This document shows, piece by piece, positions 1 through 18,640 of a stretch of DNA of 64,000 nucleotides. The notes beneath the pieces were generated by a model. The model did not search any database. It saw nothing but the letters and a program-made list of their open reading frames with translations, and was not told the DNA's origin. Every line of letters starts with the position of its first letter. Position 1 is the first letter of the stretch. The stretch covers positions 118,643 to 182,642 of the forward strand of contig NZ_JBKBHC010000009.1 in assembly GCF_046297895.1 (NCBI RefSeq). The letters run 5' to 3'. The position numbers were made by a program, and so were the translations under genes. The DNA is from Ferrovibrio sp. (lineage in GTDB: Bacteria; Pseudomonadota; Alphaproteobacteria; Ferrovibrionales; Ferrovibrionaceae).

Positions 1-1398
<1,398 letters not shown>

Positions 1399-1404
1399 AA
1401 CGAA

Positions 1405-1430
1405 AACGGCCGGGCAGAAACCCGGCCGTT
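1405..1430. terminator. Probable bidirectional stem-loop terminator between convergent bluB and atpC
   Basis: AACGGCCGGG-cagaaa-CCCGGCCGTT, a perfect 10-bp stem between the two stop codons. Confidence 0.7.
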
Positions 1431-1452
1431 GCGTTATTCATTCAAAGACGAC

Positions 1453-1854
1453 TTACGCCGCCGCCTCGAGCATGGCGGTGTATTTCTCGACATTCGCCTG
1501 GGCGCGGGCGCGGGCGTGATCGTCCTTGGCGTCCTCGACATCCTCGCGGGCATCCTTGAGCGCCTGCTCCAGCTTGGCGCGGTCGAGATGCTTCACCGGC
1601 ACGGCTTCTTCTGCCAGCACGGTCAGCTTGTCGTTGGCGACTTCGGCGAAGCCGCCGGCGACGAAGATGCGCTCGGCCACGCTGCCGTTCACCGTGACCT
1701 CGATGACGCCGTTGCGGATCGTCGAGATCAGCGGGGTGTGGCCCGGCAGCACGCCGAAATCACCGCCCTCGCCCGGCACGACCACCATTTCGGCGTCGAC
1801 GGCCAGGAGCAGCTTCTCCGGCGATACCAGTTCGAACCTGACGCTATCCGCCAT
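1453..1854 (-). CDS. atpC: F1 ATP synthase epsilon subunit
   Basis: FELVSPEKLL, PGEGGDFGVLPGHTPLIST, FVAGGFAEV. Confidence 0.97.
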   Translation of the reverse strand: MADSVRFELVSPEKLLLAVDAEMVVVPGEGGDFGVLPGHTPLISTIRNGVIEVTVNGSVAERIFVAGGFAEVANDKLTVLAEEAVPVKHLDRAKLEQALKDAREDVEDAKDDHARARAQANVEKYTAMLEAAA

Positions 1855-1877
1855 GGTTTAACTCCTTACCTTGCGGC

Positions 1878-4234
<2,357 letters not shown>

Positions 4235-4256
4235 GACGCGCTACCCTAAAGCCGGC

Positions 4257-5785
<1,529 letters not shown>

Positions 5786-5786
<1 letters not shown>

Positions 5787-6346
5787 CACGCAACCCCTTT
5801 CATAGCGGACTTGAGATTATTGAGTTTGGTACGGACCGACGCATCGATCATGCGCGAGCCGAGTTTGACGACCAGACCGCCGATCAGCGAGGGATCGACC
5901 TTGGCGTTGATGACAACGTTGCCGGCGGCTTCCGACGACAGCGAAGACTTGATCTGCGCAAGCTGCGCATCCGACAGCGGCACGGCCGAAACGACCTCGG
6001 CAACCGCTTCGCCGCGATGGTGGCTGAGCAGGCTTTTGAAAGCGGCGATGGCATCCGCCAGCACGAACAGGCGGCGGTTGTTGGCCACCACGCCGAGGAA
6101 ACGGCGCACCAAGTCGCCGAAGCCGGCCTTTTCGGCTACGGCGGCGATGGCGCGAGCCTGTTCCTCGCGGCTGAAGACCGGCGAACGAACCAGGCGTACC
6201 AGATCGGCCGACTGGGCCAGCATGGCAGACAGGCTGTCGAGATCCTTGGCGACGGTGTCGAGCTGGCCGGCATCGCGCGCCAGATCGAACAGCGCCGTTG
6301 CGTAGCGGCCGGCAATACCGGAAACGAGCGTTGATTCCTGAGCCAC
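5786..6346 (-). CDS. atpH: F1 ATP synthase delta subunit
   Basis: [28 protein letters not shown]; probable GTG start at 6346 behind an AGAAGG-like RBS. Confidence 0.95.
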
Positions 6347-6723
6347 GAACGACCCTTCTTCTCTAGGACGCGGAACCGCCGGCCGGGACTCGGGCCCACT
6401 GGCCCTGGCCACCCTCCCGACGCTCCGCTTAAGACCTTGAACAGTCTAAGGAATTCACGGGGCGGCCGATGCCTTCACAAAGCCCCCCGGCGCGAAAGCC
6501 GCGCTTAACTAGCATACGGGTTTCGGCGGCGCAACAGCGAGGCCGGCGCGGTCTTCTGCGCCTTTCGCCGCACTTATCCGGCAGGTCATAAAAAGCGGCG
6601 TCGGAACCGGAGAGAACGGCCCAAACTGGCCAAAACCAGCCAATCAGTATCAATTATCGACAGTTATCCCCAACCCTCGCCAATCGCCGCCAGGGCCCGC
6701 GGGTTCTCGCACTGGCAACTGCC

Positions 6724-7452
6724 TCAGCTCAGGCAGGCTTCGGCATGGGCGATATCCTGGGCCGCGATGGCAAGACCCGGCGGGGGCGCCTCGCCTGCGG
6801 CGAGCAGAGTCGCCGCAACGAAGGCGCAGCGGTCTTCCAGCGCCTGCTTCTGCACCGCCAGCGCGACCAGGCGCGTTTCGACCCGATGCGCGAAACCGTC
6901 CAACAGATAGCTGGCGACGAAGGTGTTGGGCGGCGACATCGACAGCCAGTTGGCCATGCCGCCCTGTTCGGCCAGCAGGCCCGTCGCCGCCTCGGCCAGG
7001 CTGCGCGAGGCGCCATCCTCGGCGCCGGCCAATTCGGCAGCCTGCCTGTCGTCGAGATTCAGGGTGGGGTCGAATCCCTCGCCCCGCAGCAGGTTGCGGC
7101 CATTGCTGCCGGCGCGGGCGATGCAGGCCTCGATCCGCCCCACCAGCAGGCCGATATTATTGCGCAGGATATCCTGCTCCGGCCCGGCCAGGCCGCGTTC
7201 GCCCAGCACGGCAATCTGGGCGCGGATCTTGGCGATCTGCCGCGCAATGTCGTCGAGCGCGCCAAGCGCCGCCTCGCATTGCGCCACCGCCACCGCCAGG
7301 CCGGCCTGCATCGCCAGAATGGCATCGGCATCATGCAGCGGCAATGCCACCTGCGTACCGCCTCCATCCGCCTGCCGCCACGGCAATAAACCCGGCTCCG
7401 GCAGCGCCGGCGCCATCAGAGTTTCCCCATCAAGAACATCTTGCCGATCCAT
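6724..7452 (-). CDS. Flagellin-like helical protein apparently lacking both D0 termini
   Basis: Segment ALGALDDIARQIAKIRAQIAVL...LRNNIGLLVGRIEACIARAGSNGRNLLRG follows the flagellin N-terminal helix pattern ending in F/S-NG-x-NLL-x-G; RBS AGAAGGGGG before the ATG at 7452 (alternative start 7458). Confidence 0.5.
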   Translation of the reverse strand: MDRQDVLDGETLMAPALPEPGLLPWRQADGGGTQVALPLHDADAILAMQAGLAVAVAQCEAALGALDDIARQIAKIRAQIAVLGERGLAGPEQDILRNNIGLLVGRIEACIARAGSNGRNLLRGEGFDPTLNLDDRQAAELAGAEDGASRSLAEAATGLLAEQGGMANWLSMSPPNTFVASYLLDGFAHRVETRLVALAVQKQALEDRCAFVAATLLAAGEAPPPGLAIAAQDIAHAEACLS

Positions 7453-7472
7453 GATCATGCCCCCTTCTGTGG

Positions 7473-7480
7473 TTAACCAT
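7473..7480. promoter_or_regulatory. Possible CtrA half-site TTAACCAT just upstream of the flagellin-like gene
   Basis: Exact TTAACCAT at 7473-7480; a single short motif, so it could be chance. Confidence 0.25.
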
Positions 7481-7684
7481 CCCGTTCTGGGATGGTGGAA
7501 AACTACCAGAAGGCGCACAGTCGGGATTGTCTAGGAATCTCGGAAATCTGTTGTTTGCGTCTCAGGTTACTGGAGGCGCCGCGCAAAATTCATTTCCATT
7601 AACCCAACCTGTCGTTGCTCTGGGCCAAAAGGCATGCCCTAATGCCCGCTAGGCAAAACAGCAGATATGGGGGCAAGGGCTGGC

Positions 7685-8719
7685 ATGAGCGGATCGATCC
7701 CCAGCGCTGCCCTTCTGCCGGGCATGGTCCCCGACGAGGCCTTGCCCGAATTGTGGCGTCAGAGCCTGGCGATCTATTACGACACACAGGCTCTGGCACC
7801 CGCGGCCGCGCCGCCGGCGATCCGGCAATATCATCTGGGCCAGATGCTGCTGATCGACACCCGCTTCGGGCCGCAGCGCTTCAGCCGCGATGCCGCCTGG
7901 CTGGCCCGCCACGGCGATGTGGACCATTGCACCGTCCAGTTCTTCGTGTCCGGCCGCAACCGCGTGGTCAATGGCGGCAATGACTTCGTGCAGCATCCGG
8001 ACAACATCACCATGGTCAATCTGGGCCGAGAGGTGCAGGCGGAATCAACCGAAGCCGATACCCTCACCCTCATCCTGCCGCGCGAACTGCTGCAAGGGGA
8101 ATTGCCGCAATTGCTGGATCGCTGTGGCGCACTGTTCGAAGACCATTCAGCCTCGGCACGGGTCTTTGCCAATCACATGCTGTCGCTGCGCCAGACACTG
8201 GATCGAGCGGCGGCAGCCGAAGCCGACGCGATCGCGCAGGGCACGCTGGCGTTGCTGGATGCGCTGACCCGCCATCGCGACATCGCGGCGACGCCGGCCA
8301 AGGGCACGACGCTGACCACGATCTGCCGCCATATCGACGCCCACCTGAGCGACCCTGCGCTGGATGCCGAAAGCCTGTGCCGGCAGTTCCGCTGCTCGCG
8401 CGCCACGTTATATCGCCTGTTCCAGCCGCTGGGCGGCGTGCGCGAGCATATCCAGCGGCGCCGCCTGATGGCCTGTTTCCGCGCCATCAGCGCGCCGGCC
8501 CGGGCGCATCGCCGCATCTTCGACATCGCGCTGGATTACGGCTTTTCCTCGCCGAGCCATTTCAGCAGCCTGTTTCGCGCCCATTTCGGCATGACACCGC
8601 GCGAGGCGCGCGAGCGTGGCGGCAACCGCCCTGCCCTGCCTGCGCTGGCCAAAGGCGGCACGGCGGAAACGGCCGTGCAGGCGATGTGGACCTGGGCGCG
8701 CGGCCTGGCCGGTAGTTGA
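7685..8719 (+). CDS. AraC-family transcriptional regulator (FeaR-like ligand-binding domain + C-terminal HTH)
   Basis: C-terminal CSRATLYRLF...IALDYGFSSPSHFSSLFRAHFGMTPRE AraC signature. Confidence 0.88.
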   Translation: MSGSIPSAALLPGMVPDEALPELWRQSLAIYYDTQALAPAAAPPAIRQYHLGQMLLIDTRFGPQRFSRDAAWLARHGDVDHCTVQFFVSGRNRVVNGGNDFVQHPDNITMVNLGREVQAESTEADTLTLILPRELLQGELPQLLDRCGALFEDHSASARVFANHMLSLRQTLDRAAAAEADAIAQGTLALLDALTRHRDIAATPAKGTTLTTICRHIDAHLSDPALDAESLCRQFRCSRATLYRLFQPLGGVREHIQRRRLMACFRAISAPARAHRRIFDIALDYGFSSPSHFSSLFRAHFGMTPREARERGGNRPALPALAKGGTAETAVQAMWTWARGLAGS

Positions 8720-8738
8720 AAGATCAGTCGGTAACCGA

Positions 8739-10244
<1,506 letters not shown>

Positions 10245-10247
10245 GTC

Positions 10248-10496
10248 TTATTCCGCCGCAGCCGCGCAGCCCTCGGCCTTGAATACACGCTTGGTGCTGG
10301 CGGGGTATTTGCCCAGTTTGGATGCCGGGCGGATCGGCCGCGCCACCAGCCCGCCGCCGCAATTGGGACAGACGCCTTTCAGCGTGCCTTCGCCGCAGTC
10401 GCGGCAGAAGGTGCATTCGAAGCTGCAGATCATCGCAGCCGCGTCGGGCGGCAGGTCGGTGTTGCAGCACTCACAGTTCGGGCGGAGTTCAAGCAT
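10248..10496 (-). CDS. DUF1272-family small Cys-rich protein
   Basis: MLELRPNCECC...ICSFECTFCRDC...CPNCGGGLVARPIRP pattern. Confidence 0.85.
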   Translation of the reverse strand: MLELRPNCECCNTDLPPDAAAMICSFECTFCRDCGEGTLKGVCPNCGGGLVARPIRPASKLGKYPASTKRVFKAEGCAAAAE

Positions 10497-10498
10497 GT

Positions 10499-11167
10499 CT
10501 ACGCTCCCTTAGCGATCTGCACGGCCTTTTTCGCCAGGGCGGTAATGCCGGCCCAGTCGTTTTTCTGCAGCATCTCCTTCGGCGCCAGCCAGGAGCCGCC
10601 GACGCTGGCCACGTTCGGCAGCGCGGCATAGGCGCCAAGGTTGCCTTCCGTGATGCCGCCGGTGGGGCAGAACCGCATCTGCGGGAAAGGCCCGGCCAGG
10701 CTTTTTAGCGCCGCAATGCCGCCCGTCGCCTCGGCGGGGAAGAATTTGGCGCGCGTGAAACCCTGCTCCAGAGCGCGCATGATCTCGCTGGCCGTGGCCA
10801 CCGCCGGCAGATAGGGCAGACCGGTATCCTTGGCGGCATAATACAGAGCCTCTGTCGCGCCGGGCGAAATCACGAATTTGGCGCCGGCCAGCTGACTGGC
10901 GGCGAATTGCGCGGCATTCAGCACCGTGCCGGCGCCGACGATGGCCTCTGGCACTTCCGCCGCGATGCGCTTGATCGCCTCCAGGGCCGCGGCCGAACGC
11001 AGGGTGATTTCCAGCACGGACAAGCCGCCCGCCGCCAGGGCCTTGGCCAGCGGCACGGCCTGGGCGGCATCTTCCACGACCAGCACCGGAATCACCGGCG
11101 CGCGGTTCAGGATAGCATCGATGGCGGCGGTACGCTCCACAGTCTTCTCACTGGCCTTGTCCGGCAT
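10499..11167 (-). CDS. eda: KDPG/KHG aldolase
   Basis: LEITLRS, VGAGTV, ISPG, KFFPAE, FCPTGGI, VGGSW motifs. Confidence 0.93.
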   Translation of the reverse strand: MPDKASEKTVERTAAIDAILNRAPVIPVLVVEDAAQAVPLAKALAAGGLSVLEITLRSAAALEAIKRIAAEVPEAIVGAGTVLNAAQFAASQLAGAKFVISPGATEALYYAAKDTGLPYLPAVATASEIMRALEQGFTRAKFFPAEATGGIAALKSLAGPFPQMRFCPTGGITEGNLGAYAALPNVASVGGSWLAPKEMLQKNDWAGITALAKKAVQIAKGA

Positions 11168-11227
11168 GATTCCTCCCTGTGTTTGTTTTGCACAGGATAG
11201 CCGGAGAAAACCGGGGAAGGCTACTGC

Positions 11228-11587
11228 CTAGGCGTAGGGGTGAGCCTCGCGTGGATCGGGGCCGTAGCGATTCGGGCCGCGCGTACCAGGGTAAAAGAGC
11301 AGCACCAGCCAGAAGGCAAAACCGAGAATTGGCACATAATTCATTAAGACGGCCCAGCCGCTCCACCCGAAATCGCGGCAGCGTTGCGCACCGGCGATAT
11401 TATAGAGGGTGGAGACAGGAACGACATATAGCCAGATCAGGACAAGGCCGATGGGGGCAAGTGTCGAACCAATGATCGCCACAAGAACGGCTGAGAAGAG
11501 CACGACAAGGGTTAGATTGATAAACGAGCCACGGCGACGGCGGCCCGAAAACCGGAAAAGATCATGATGAAATGGCTCACCCGCCAC
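11228..11587 (-). CDS. DUF805-family membrane protein
   Basis: FRFSGRRRR N-terminus, RCRDFGWSGW, and PGTRGPNRYGPDP C-terminus. Confidence 0.8.
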   Translation of the reverse strand: MAGEPFHHDLFRFSGRRRRGSFINLTLVVLFSAVLVAIIGSTLAPIGLVLIWLYVVPVSTLYNIAGAQRCRDFGWSGWAVLMNYVPILGFAFWLVLLFYPGTRGPNRYGPDPREAHPYA

Positions 11588-11593
11588 TATGCC

Positions 11594-12214
11594 CTATTCC
11601 TTCAGCCCGCCGCTTTTCAGGATGAAATCGGCGATCTCGGCCACGCCCTTCTCGGCCTTCAGGTTGGCGAAAATGAAGGGGCGCTGGCCGCGCATTTTCT
11701 TCGCATCGCGATCCATCACCTCCAGCGAAGCGCCGACCAGCGGGGCGAGGTCGATCTTGTTGATCACCAGCAGGTCGGACCGCGTGATGCCCGGGCCGCC
11801 CTTGCGCGGAATCTTGTCGCCGGCTGAGACGTCGATCACGTAGATGGTGATGTCGGCCAGTTCGGGCGAAAAGGTGGCGGCCAGGTTGTCGCCGCCGGAT
11901 TCGACGAAGATCACGTCGAGACCGGGAAATTTCTTCTGCATCTCGGCCACGGCCGCCAAATTGATCGAGGCATCCTCGCGGATTGCCGTATGCGGGCAGC
12001 CGCCGGTTTCGACGCCGGCGATACGTTCGGGTGCCAGCGCGTTGGCGCGGGTCAGGAATTCGGCGTCTTCCTTGGTGTAGATGTCGTTGGTGACGACGGC
12101 GATGTTCCAGTCGTCGCGCAGGTGACGGCAGAGCCGTTCGACCAAAGCGGTTTTGCCCGAACCGACAGGACCACCGATACCGACGCGCAGGGGATTGCTA
12201 TTAGAGGAACTCAT
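11594..12214 (-). CDS. ureG: Urease accessory GTPase UreG
   Basis: [43 protein letters not shown]; ATG at 12214 overlaps the ureF stop. Confidence 0.97.
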   Translation of the reverse strand: MSSSNSNPLRVGIGGPVGSGKTALVERLCRHLRDDWNIAVVTNDIYTKEDAEFLTRANALAPERIAGVETGGCPHTAIREDASINLAAVAEMQKKFPGLDVIFVESGGDNLAATFSPELADITIYVIDVSAGDKIPRKGGPGITRSDLLVINKIDLAPLVGASLEVMDRDAKKMRGQRPFIFANLKAEKGVAEIADFILKSGGLKE

Positions 12215-12930
12215 GACCGGAACAGCCTCGTATACTGGGTTTCGTGCAACATCGACATCAGGTCGACCATCGGCGCCGCCGTGCCGCACTCGTCCAGCGG
12301 GCAGGCCAGCGCGCAGTCTGCCACGCTGTCCACCACCGGCAACAGGATAGAAAGCGCCCGCTGGCCATCGGTCTGGCCCAGTGGGATCAGGCGCACGGCT
12401 GCCGAGACCAGGTTGGCGGCGAAGGCATGCAGGCAGGCGGCCAGCACGGGGCGCAGCGGCAATTTGTGCGCGGCGGCCGACACGCCGATGGCGATGCTCA
12501 AGGCCACCGGCCGCTCGCCGCGCGCGGCGGCAAAGTCATCGATGGTGGGATGGCCCCAAGCGGCGCGCGTGACCATCACGAAGGAGCCGCCCTGCTGCGC
12601 GCTTTCCAGCGCGGTTTCGGCCGTGCCGCGCCAGGCGACGGCGAGATCGGCCAACTCTTCCAGCCGTGCGGCATCGCCCTCTTCTGATGTACTGGCAGCC
12701 ATGTAAGCTTCCTTCAGCAGCACGGCATCGACCCAGGCAGCGCCATGGCGCAGGATATGGCCGATCCAGGCGCTGAGCGTGGCGGCATTTTTCACCCGGC
12801 CGGTTTCGACCGCAAATTCGATGCCGTGGCTGTAGGAAAAGGCACCGATCGGATAGCTGGGCGAGAACCAGGCCAGCAGGCGATAGAGATCGCCGGGCGC
12901 GATGCGATCCGCCTCAATGCTTGTGGTCAT
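12211..12930 (-). CDS. ureF: Urease accessory protein UreF
   Basis: [40 protein letters not shown]. Confidence 0.95.
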   Translation of the reverse strand: MTTSIEADRIAPGDLYRLLAWFSPSYPIGAFSYSHGIEFAVETGRVKNAATLSAWIGHILRHGAAWVDAVLLKEAYMAASTSEEGDAARLEELADLAVAWRGTAETALESAQQGGSFVMVTRAAWGHPTIDDFAAARGERPVALSIAIGVSAAAHKLPLRPVLAACLHAFAANLVSAAVRLIPLGQTDGQRALSILLPVVDSVADCALACPLDECGTAAPMVDLMSMLHETQYTRLFRS

Positions 12931-13501
12931 GATCGTGGCTATGGTCGTGCTCGTGCCCGGGATCGTCGGCATGGGGATGCACATGGGCATGACCCCCATG
13001 GACATGGCCGTGTTCGTGTTTGCCATAGCGCGAGCCGAGGCCATAGGGATGCGCCGGATCGTGGTTATGCTGGCCATAGGCGCCGCCTTCGGGATCGAAG
13101 GGCGCCTCCACGGCCTGCACGCTGGCGCCGAGGCCTTTCAGCATGTCGACGATCACATGGTCGTCGCGGATCAGGATGCGGTCGGCATGGATGGCGGCCG
13201 GCAGGTGGCGGTTGCCCAGATGCCAGGCCAGCCTCGCCAGCAGCTGCGGCGAGGCGGCGCGCACTTCCACCAGCGGCTCGATGGCTGCCTTCACTTCAAC
13301 ATAGCCGCCCTGCTCCAGTTTCAGCCCGTCGCCGTCGCGCAGCAGCGTCGCCTCGGGCAGGTCGAGCAGGAAAACCATGCCGTCATCGGCGGTGAGACGG
13401 ATGCGGCGGCGATGGCGATCATGATGCGCCAGCGTGACGGTGGCACGACGCTCGGACGCGGGCCAGTGGCCGGATGGCATGACTTCGGTGGCGCGCAGCA
13501 T
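12914..13501 (-). CDS. ureE: Urease accessory Ni chaperone UreE with His-rich tail
   Basis: DRHRRRIRL, LRDGDGL, AWHLGNRHLP, PFDPEGGAY, followed by a His-rich C-terminus. Confidence 0.95.
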   Translation of the reverse strand: MLRATEVMPSGHWPASERRATVTLAHHDRHRRRIRLTADDGMVFLLDLPEATLLRDGDGLKLEQGGYVEVKAAIEPLVEVRAASPQLLARLAWHLGNRHLPAAIHADRILIRDDHVIVDMLKGLGASVQAVEAPFDPEGGAYGQHNHDPAHPYGLGSRYGKHEHGHVHGGHAHVHPHADDPGHEHDHSHDHDHKH

Positions 13502-13503
13502 GA

Positions 13504-15276
<1,773 letters not shown>

Positions 15277-15293
15277 GGTTCGTACTCCCCTGC

Positions 15294-15602
15294 CTACCTG
15301 AGCGTGCCCATGATCTCGGCGCGGAAGCCGTAAACGTTCCGCTTGCCGGCATAGGCCACCAGCGACACGGTGCGGGTCTGCCCCGGTTCGAAGCGCACCG
15401 CCGTACCGGCCGGAATGTCCAGCCGCATGCCGCGCGCCTTGTCGCGGTCGAACTTCAGTGCCGGGTTCGTCTCGAAGAAGTGGTAATGGCTGCCGACCTG
15501 GATCGGGCGGTCGCCGGTATTGGCAACGTCGATGCTCACCGTCGGGCGGCCGGCATTCAGCTCGATCTCGCCGGGGGCCGTGATGATTTCGCCGGGAATC
15601 AT
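15294..15602 (-). CDS. ureB: Urease beta subunit
   Basis: [36 protein letters not shown]. Confidence 0.98.
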   Translation of the reverse strand: MIPGEIITAPGEIELNAGRPTVSIDVANTGDRPIQVGSHYHFFETNPALKFDRDKARGMRLDIPAGTAVRFEPGQTRTVSLVAYAGKRNVYGFRAEIMGTLR

Positions 15603-15615
15603 GCTGCGGCCTCCT

Positions 15616-15918
15616 TCAGCGGATCGGGTTATGCACGGTCACCAGCTTGGTGCCGTCCGGGAAGGTGGCCTCCACCTGGATCTCATGAATCATTTCGGCA
15701 ATGCCGGGCATCACCTGGTCGCGAGTGATCACGCTGGCGCCGTCGCGCATCAGCTCGGCCACCGAGCGGCCGTCGCGTGCGCCTTCCACCACATAATCGG
15801 TGATGAGCGCCACGGCCTCGGGGTGATTGAGCTTCACGCCGCGCTCCAGCCGGCGACGCGCCACCTGGGCCGCCATGGCGACCAGCAATTTGTCCTTCTC
15901 GCGGGGCGTGAGATTCAT
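15616..15918 (-). CDS. ureA: Urease gamma subunit
   Basis: [37 protein letters not shown]. Confidence 0.98.
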   Translation of the reverse strand: MNLTPREKDKLLVAMAAQVARRRLERGVKLNHPEAVALITDYVVEGARDGRSVAELMRDGASVITRDQVMPGIAEMIHEIQVEATFPDGTKLVTVHNPIR

Positions 15919-15947
15919 GCCGCTGCGCTCCCCCTGGCAGACTGGAT

Positions 15948-16643
15948 TCAGACGGTAAGATAGCGGCGGACGTCGTCGCCTTCCAGCCGGGACGCGTCGC
16001 CCTCGACCACAACTTCACCACGCTGGAGCAGGATGAAGCGGTCGGCCAGGGCCTTGGCGAAGTCGAAATACTGCTCGACCAGAATGATGGCCATGGTGCC
16101 GCGGTCGGCTAGGCTGCGGATCACCCGGCCGATATCCTTGATGATCGAGGGCTGGATGCCCTCGGTGGGCTCGTCCAGCAGCAGCAACCGGGGGCGCGTG
16201 ACCAGGGCCCGCGCGATCGCCAGTTGCTGCTGCTGTCCCCCCGAAAGATCGCCGCCGCGACGGTTGCGCATCTCGTGCAGCACGGGAAACAGGGCAAAAA
16301 TCTCGTCGTCGATGGTGCGCTCGGCCCGGGGCAGCGGCGCCAGGCCGGTCTCCAGGTTCTCGTAGACGGTCAGGCGCGGAAATATCTCGCGGCCCTGCGG
16401 CACCATGGCAATGCCGCGCCGGGCGCGCTCATGGGGTTTCAGCCCGACTATGTCCTCGCCTTCCCACAGGATGGCACCGCTGCGCACCCCCTGCAGACCG
16501 ACCAGGGCCCGCATCAGCGAGGTCTTGCCCACGCCGTTACGGCCCAACACGCAGGTGATCCTGCCGGCTTCGGCCGTCAGCGCCACGTCGCGCAGGGCAT
16601 GGCTGGCGCCGTAATAAAGATTCAGTCCTTCGGCTTTCAGCAT
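15948..16643 (-). CDS. urtE: Urea ABC transporter ATP-binding subunit
   Basis: [45 protein letters not shown]. Confidence 0.93.
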   Translation of the reverse strand: MLKAEGLNLYYGASHALRDVALTAEAGRITCVLGRNGVGKTSLMRALVGLQGVRSGAILWEGEDIVGLKPHERARRGIAMVPQGREIFPRLTVYENLETGLAPLPRAERTIDDEIFALFPVLHEMRNRRGGDLSGGQQQQLAIARALVTRPRLLLLDEPTEGIQPSIIKDIGRVIRSLADRGTMAIILVEQYFDFAKALADRFILLQRGEVVVEGDASRLEGDDVRRYLTV

Positions 16644-16661
16644 GAGATCAGCGCCGCCCCT

Positions 16662-17489
16662 TCATCGGCCCAGGTAGACCTCGATCACGCGCGGATCGTT
16701 CTGCACATGGTCGACGCTGCCTTCCGACAGCACGCTGCCCTCGTGCAGCACGGTGACGCGCGCACCGAGGTCGCGCACGAATTCCATGTCGTGTTCTACC
16801 ACCACCAGCGTGCGTTCGCCCTTCAGCGACAGGATCAGGTCGGCAGTCTGTTTCGTCTCGGCATCGGTCATGCCAGCCACCGGCTCGTCGAGCAGGATCA
16901 ACTGGGTGTCCTGCACCAGCAGCATGCCGATCTCCAGCCACTGCTTCTGGCCATGGCTGAGCGCGCCGGCGGAGTCGCGCAGCCTGGCGGCCATACCAAC
17001 GGTGTCCAGCGCCCAGGCGATGCGGTCGAGCGCCTCGGAGTCCAGCCTTGCCGTAAGCGTGCGGAAAGAGCCGCGCGGCGCCTTGAGTGCCAGCTCAAAA
17101 TTCTCGAACACCGTGAGGTTCTCAAACACCGTGGGCTTCTGGAACTTGCGACCGATGCCGAGATTGGCGATTTCGGTCTCGTCCAGCTTGGTCAGGTCGA
17201 CGCGGCCGGCGAACAGCACCTCGCCCTCGTCAGGCCGGGTCTTGCCGGTGATGATGTCCATCATCGTGGTCTTGCCGGCACCGTTCGGGCCGATGATGGT
17301 GCGCAACTCGCCAGGCGCCACCATCAGGGCGAGGTTGTTGATCGCCCTGAAACCGTCAAAGGAGACGGTGACGCCGTCAAGATAGAGCTGCGTATCCGAG
17401 ACGCGCGGTTTGTGTACCACGTCAGGCGAGATCCCGGCCGTGGCCGGCTCGATCAGCGGGGTGGGCAGCGGCATGGCTGGGCGCATCAT
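16662..17489 (-). CDS. urtD: Urea ABC transporter ATP-binding subunit
   Basis: GPNGAGKT, GIGRKFQKPTVF, LSHGQKQWLEIGMLL, VIEVYLGR. Confidence 0.93.
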   Translation of the reverse strand: MMRPAMPLPTPLIEPATAGISPDVVHKPRVSDTQLYLDGVTVSFDGFRAINNLALMVAPGELRTIIGPNGAGKTTMMDIITGKTRPDEGEVLFAGRVDLTKLDETEIANLGIGRKFQKPTVFENLTVFENFELALKAPRGSFRTLTARLDSEALDRIAWALDTVGMAARLRDSAGALSHGQKQWLEIGMLLVQDTQLILLDEPVAGMTDAETKQTADLILSLKGERTLVVVEHDMEFVRDLGARVTVLHEGSVLSEGSVDHVQNDPRVIEVYLGR

Positions 17490-18640
17490 TCAGCCGCCTT
17501 TTCTGACGGTACGGCGTAACTGCGCCGCTCGGCACGCCAGGCCTGCCACTGGCCGACCAGGCCGACGATACCCCTCGGGAAAAGCAGGGTGGAGGCGACG
17601 AACAGCGCGCCCAGCACGAACAGCCAGAGTTCGGGCGCGGCACCGGTGAGCCAGGTCTTCACCAGATTGATCAGCACGCCGCCCAGCACCGCGCCATACA
17701 ACGTGCCGCGGCCGCCGACCGCCACCCAGATGGCGATCTCGATGGAATTGGCCGGCGAGAATTCGCTGGGATTGATGATGCCGACCTGCGGCACATAGAG
17801 GGCGCCGGCCAGCCCGGCCAGCAAAGCCGACAGCACAAAGGCAAAGAGCTTGGCCGAGGTGGGCGAATAGCCGAGGAAGCGCACGCGGCTTTCGGCATCG
17901 CGTACCGCCAGCAGCACGCGGCCAAGCTTGGAGCGGGTGACGAAACGGCAGAGCAGGAAGCACAATCCCAGACTGAGCACCGACGCCACGTACAATCCGA
18001 TGCGCGTCTCGGGCGCCTGCACCGGAAAGCCGAGGATGTCCTTGAAATCGGTGAGGCCATTATTGCCGCCGAAGCCCATGTCGTTGCGGAAGAAGGCGAG
18101 CAGCAGGGCAAAGGTCATCGCCTGCGTGACGATGGAGATGTAGACGCCGGTGACGCGCGAGCGGAAGGCAAACCAACCCAGCACCAACGCCAGCAGCCCC
18201 GGCACCAGGAACACCATCAGCAGCGCGAAGGGGAAGCTGTCGAAGCCGTACCAGTACCAGGGCAGCTCCTTCCAGTTCAGGAAGACCATGAAATCGGGCA
18301 GTTCGGGATGGCCATAGACGCCGCGCGCGCCGATCTGGCGCATCAAATACATGCCCATGGCGTAGCCGCCGAGCGCGAAGAACGCGCCGTGCCCAAGGCT
18401 GAGGATGCCGGCATAGCCCCAGACGAGGTCGAGGCTGAGCGCTAGGATCGCGTAACAGGCGTATTTGCCCAATAGCGGGATCAGGTAACCTGGCAGATGC
18501 AGAGCCGAGCCGGATGACGGCAGCAGGTTCAGCAGCGGCACCAGTACGATCAGCACGAAGCCGATGGCTAGGAAAATCGCCCAGCCGCGCCTATCGAGCA
18601 GGGGCTTGGGCTGCGCCAGCGCTTTTAAATCGTCAAGCAT
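17486..18640 (-). CDS. urtC: Urea ABC transporter permease
   Basis: DLVWGYAGILSLGHG, PDFMVFLNWKELPWYW, RNDMGFGGNNGLTDFK. Confidence 0.93.
   Translation of the reverse strand: MLDDLKALAQPKPLLDRRGWAIFLAIGFVLIVLVPLLNLLPSSGSALHLPGYLIPLLGKYACYAILALSLDLVWGYAGILSLGHGAFFALGGYAMGMYLMRQIGARGVYGHPELPDFMVFLNWKELPWYWYGFDSFPFALLMVFLVPGLLALVLGWFAFRSRVTGVYISIVTQAMTFALLLAFFRNDMGFGGNNGLTDFKDILGFPVQAPETRIGLYVASVLSLGLCFLLCRFVTRSKLGRVLLAVRDAESRVRFLGYSPTSAKLFAFVLSALLAGLAGALYVPQVGIINPSEFSPANSIEIAIWVAVGGRGTLYGAVLGGVLINLVKTWLTGAAPELWLFVLGALFVASTLLFPRGIVGLVGQWQAWRAERRSYAVPSEKAAE

Noticed and set aside
11228-11587. DUF805 gene as a horizontally acquired island because it looks less GC-rich
   Set aside because: It is a single small hydrophobic gene with no mobility signs, and amino acid composition can explain the shift
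12914-13050. His-rich low-complexity stretch
   Set aside because: It is the well-known Ni-binding tail of UreE; the Met-rich ORFs in other frames are by-products
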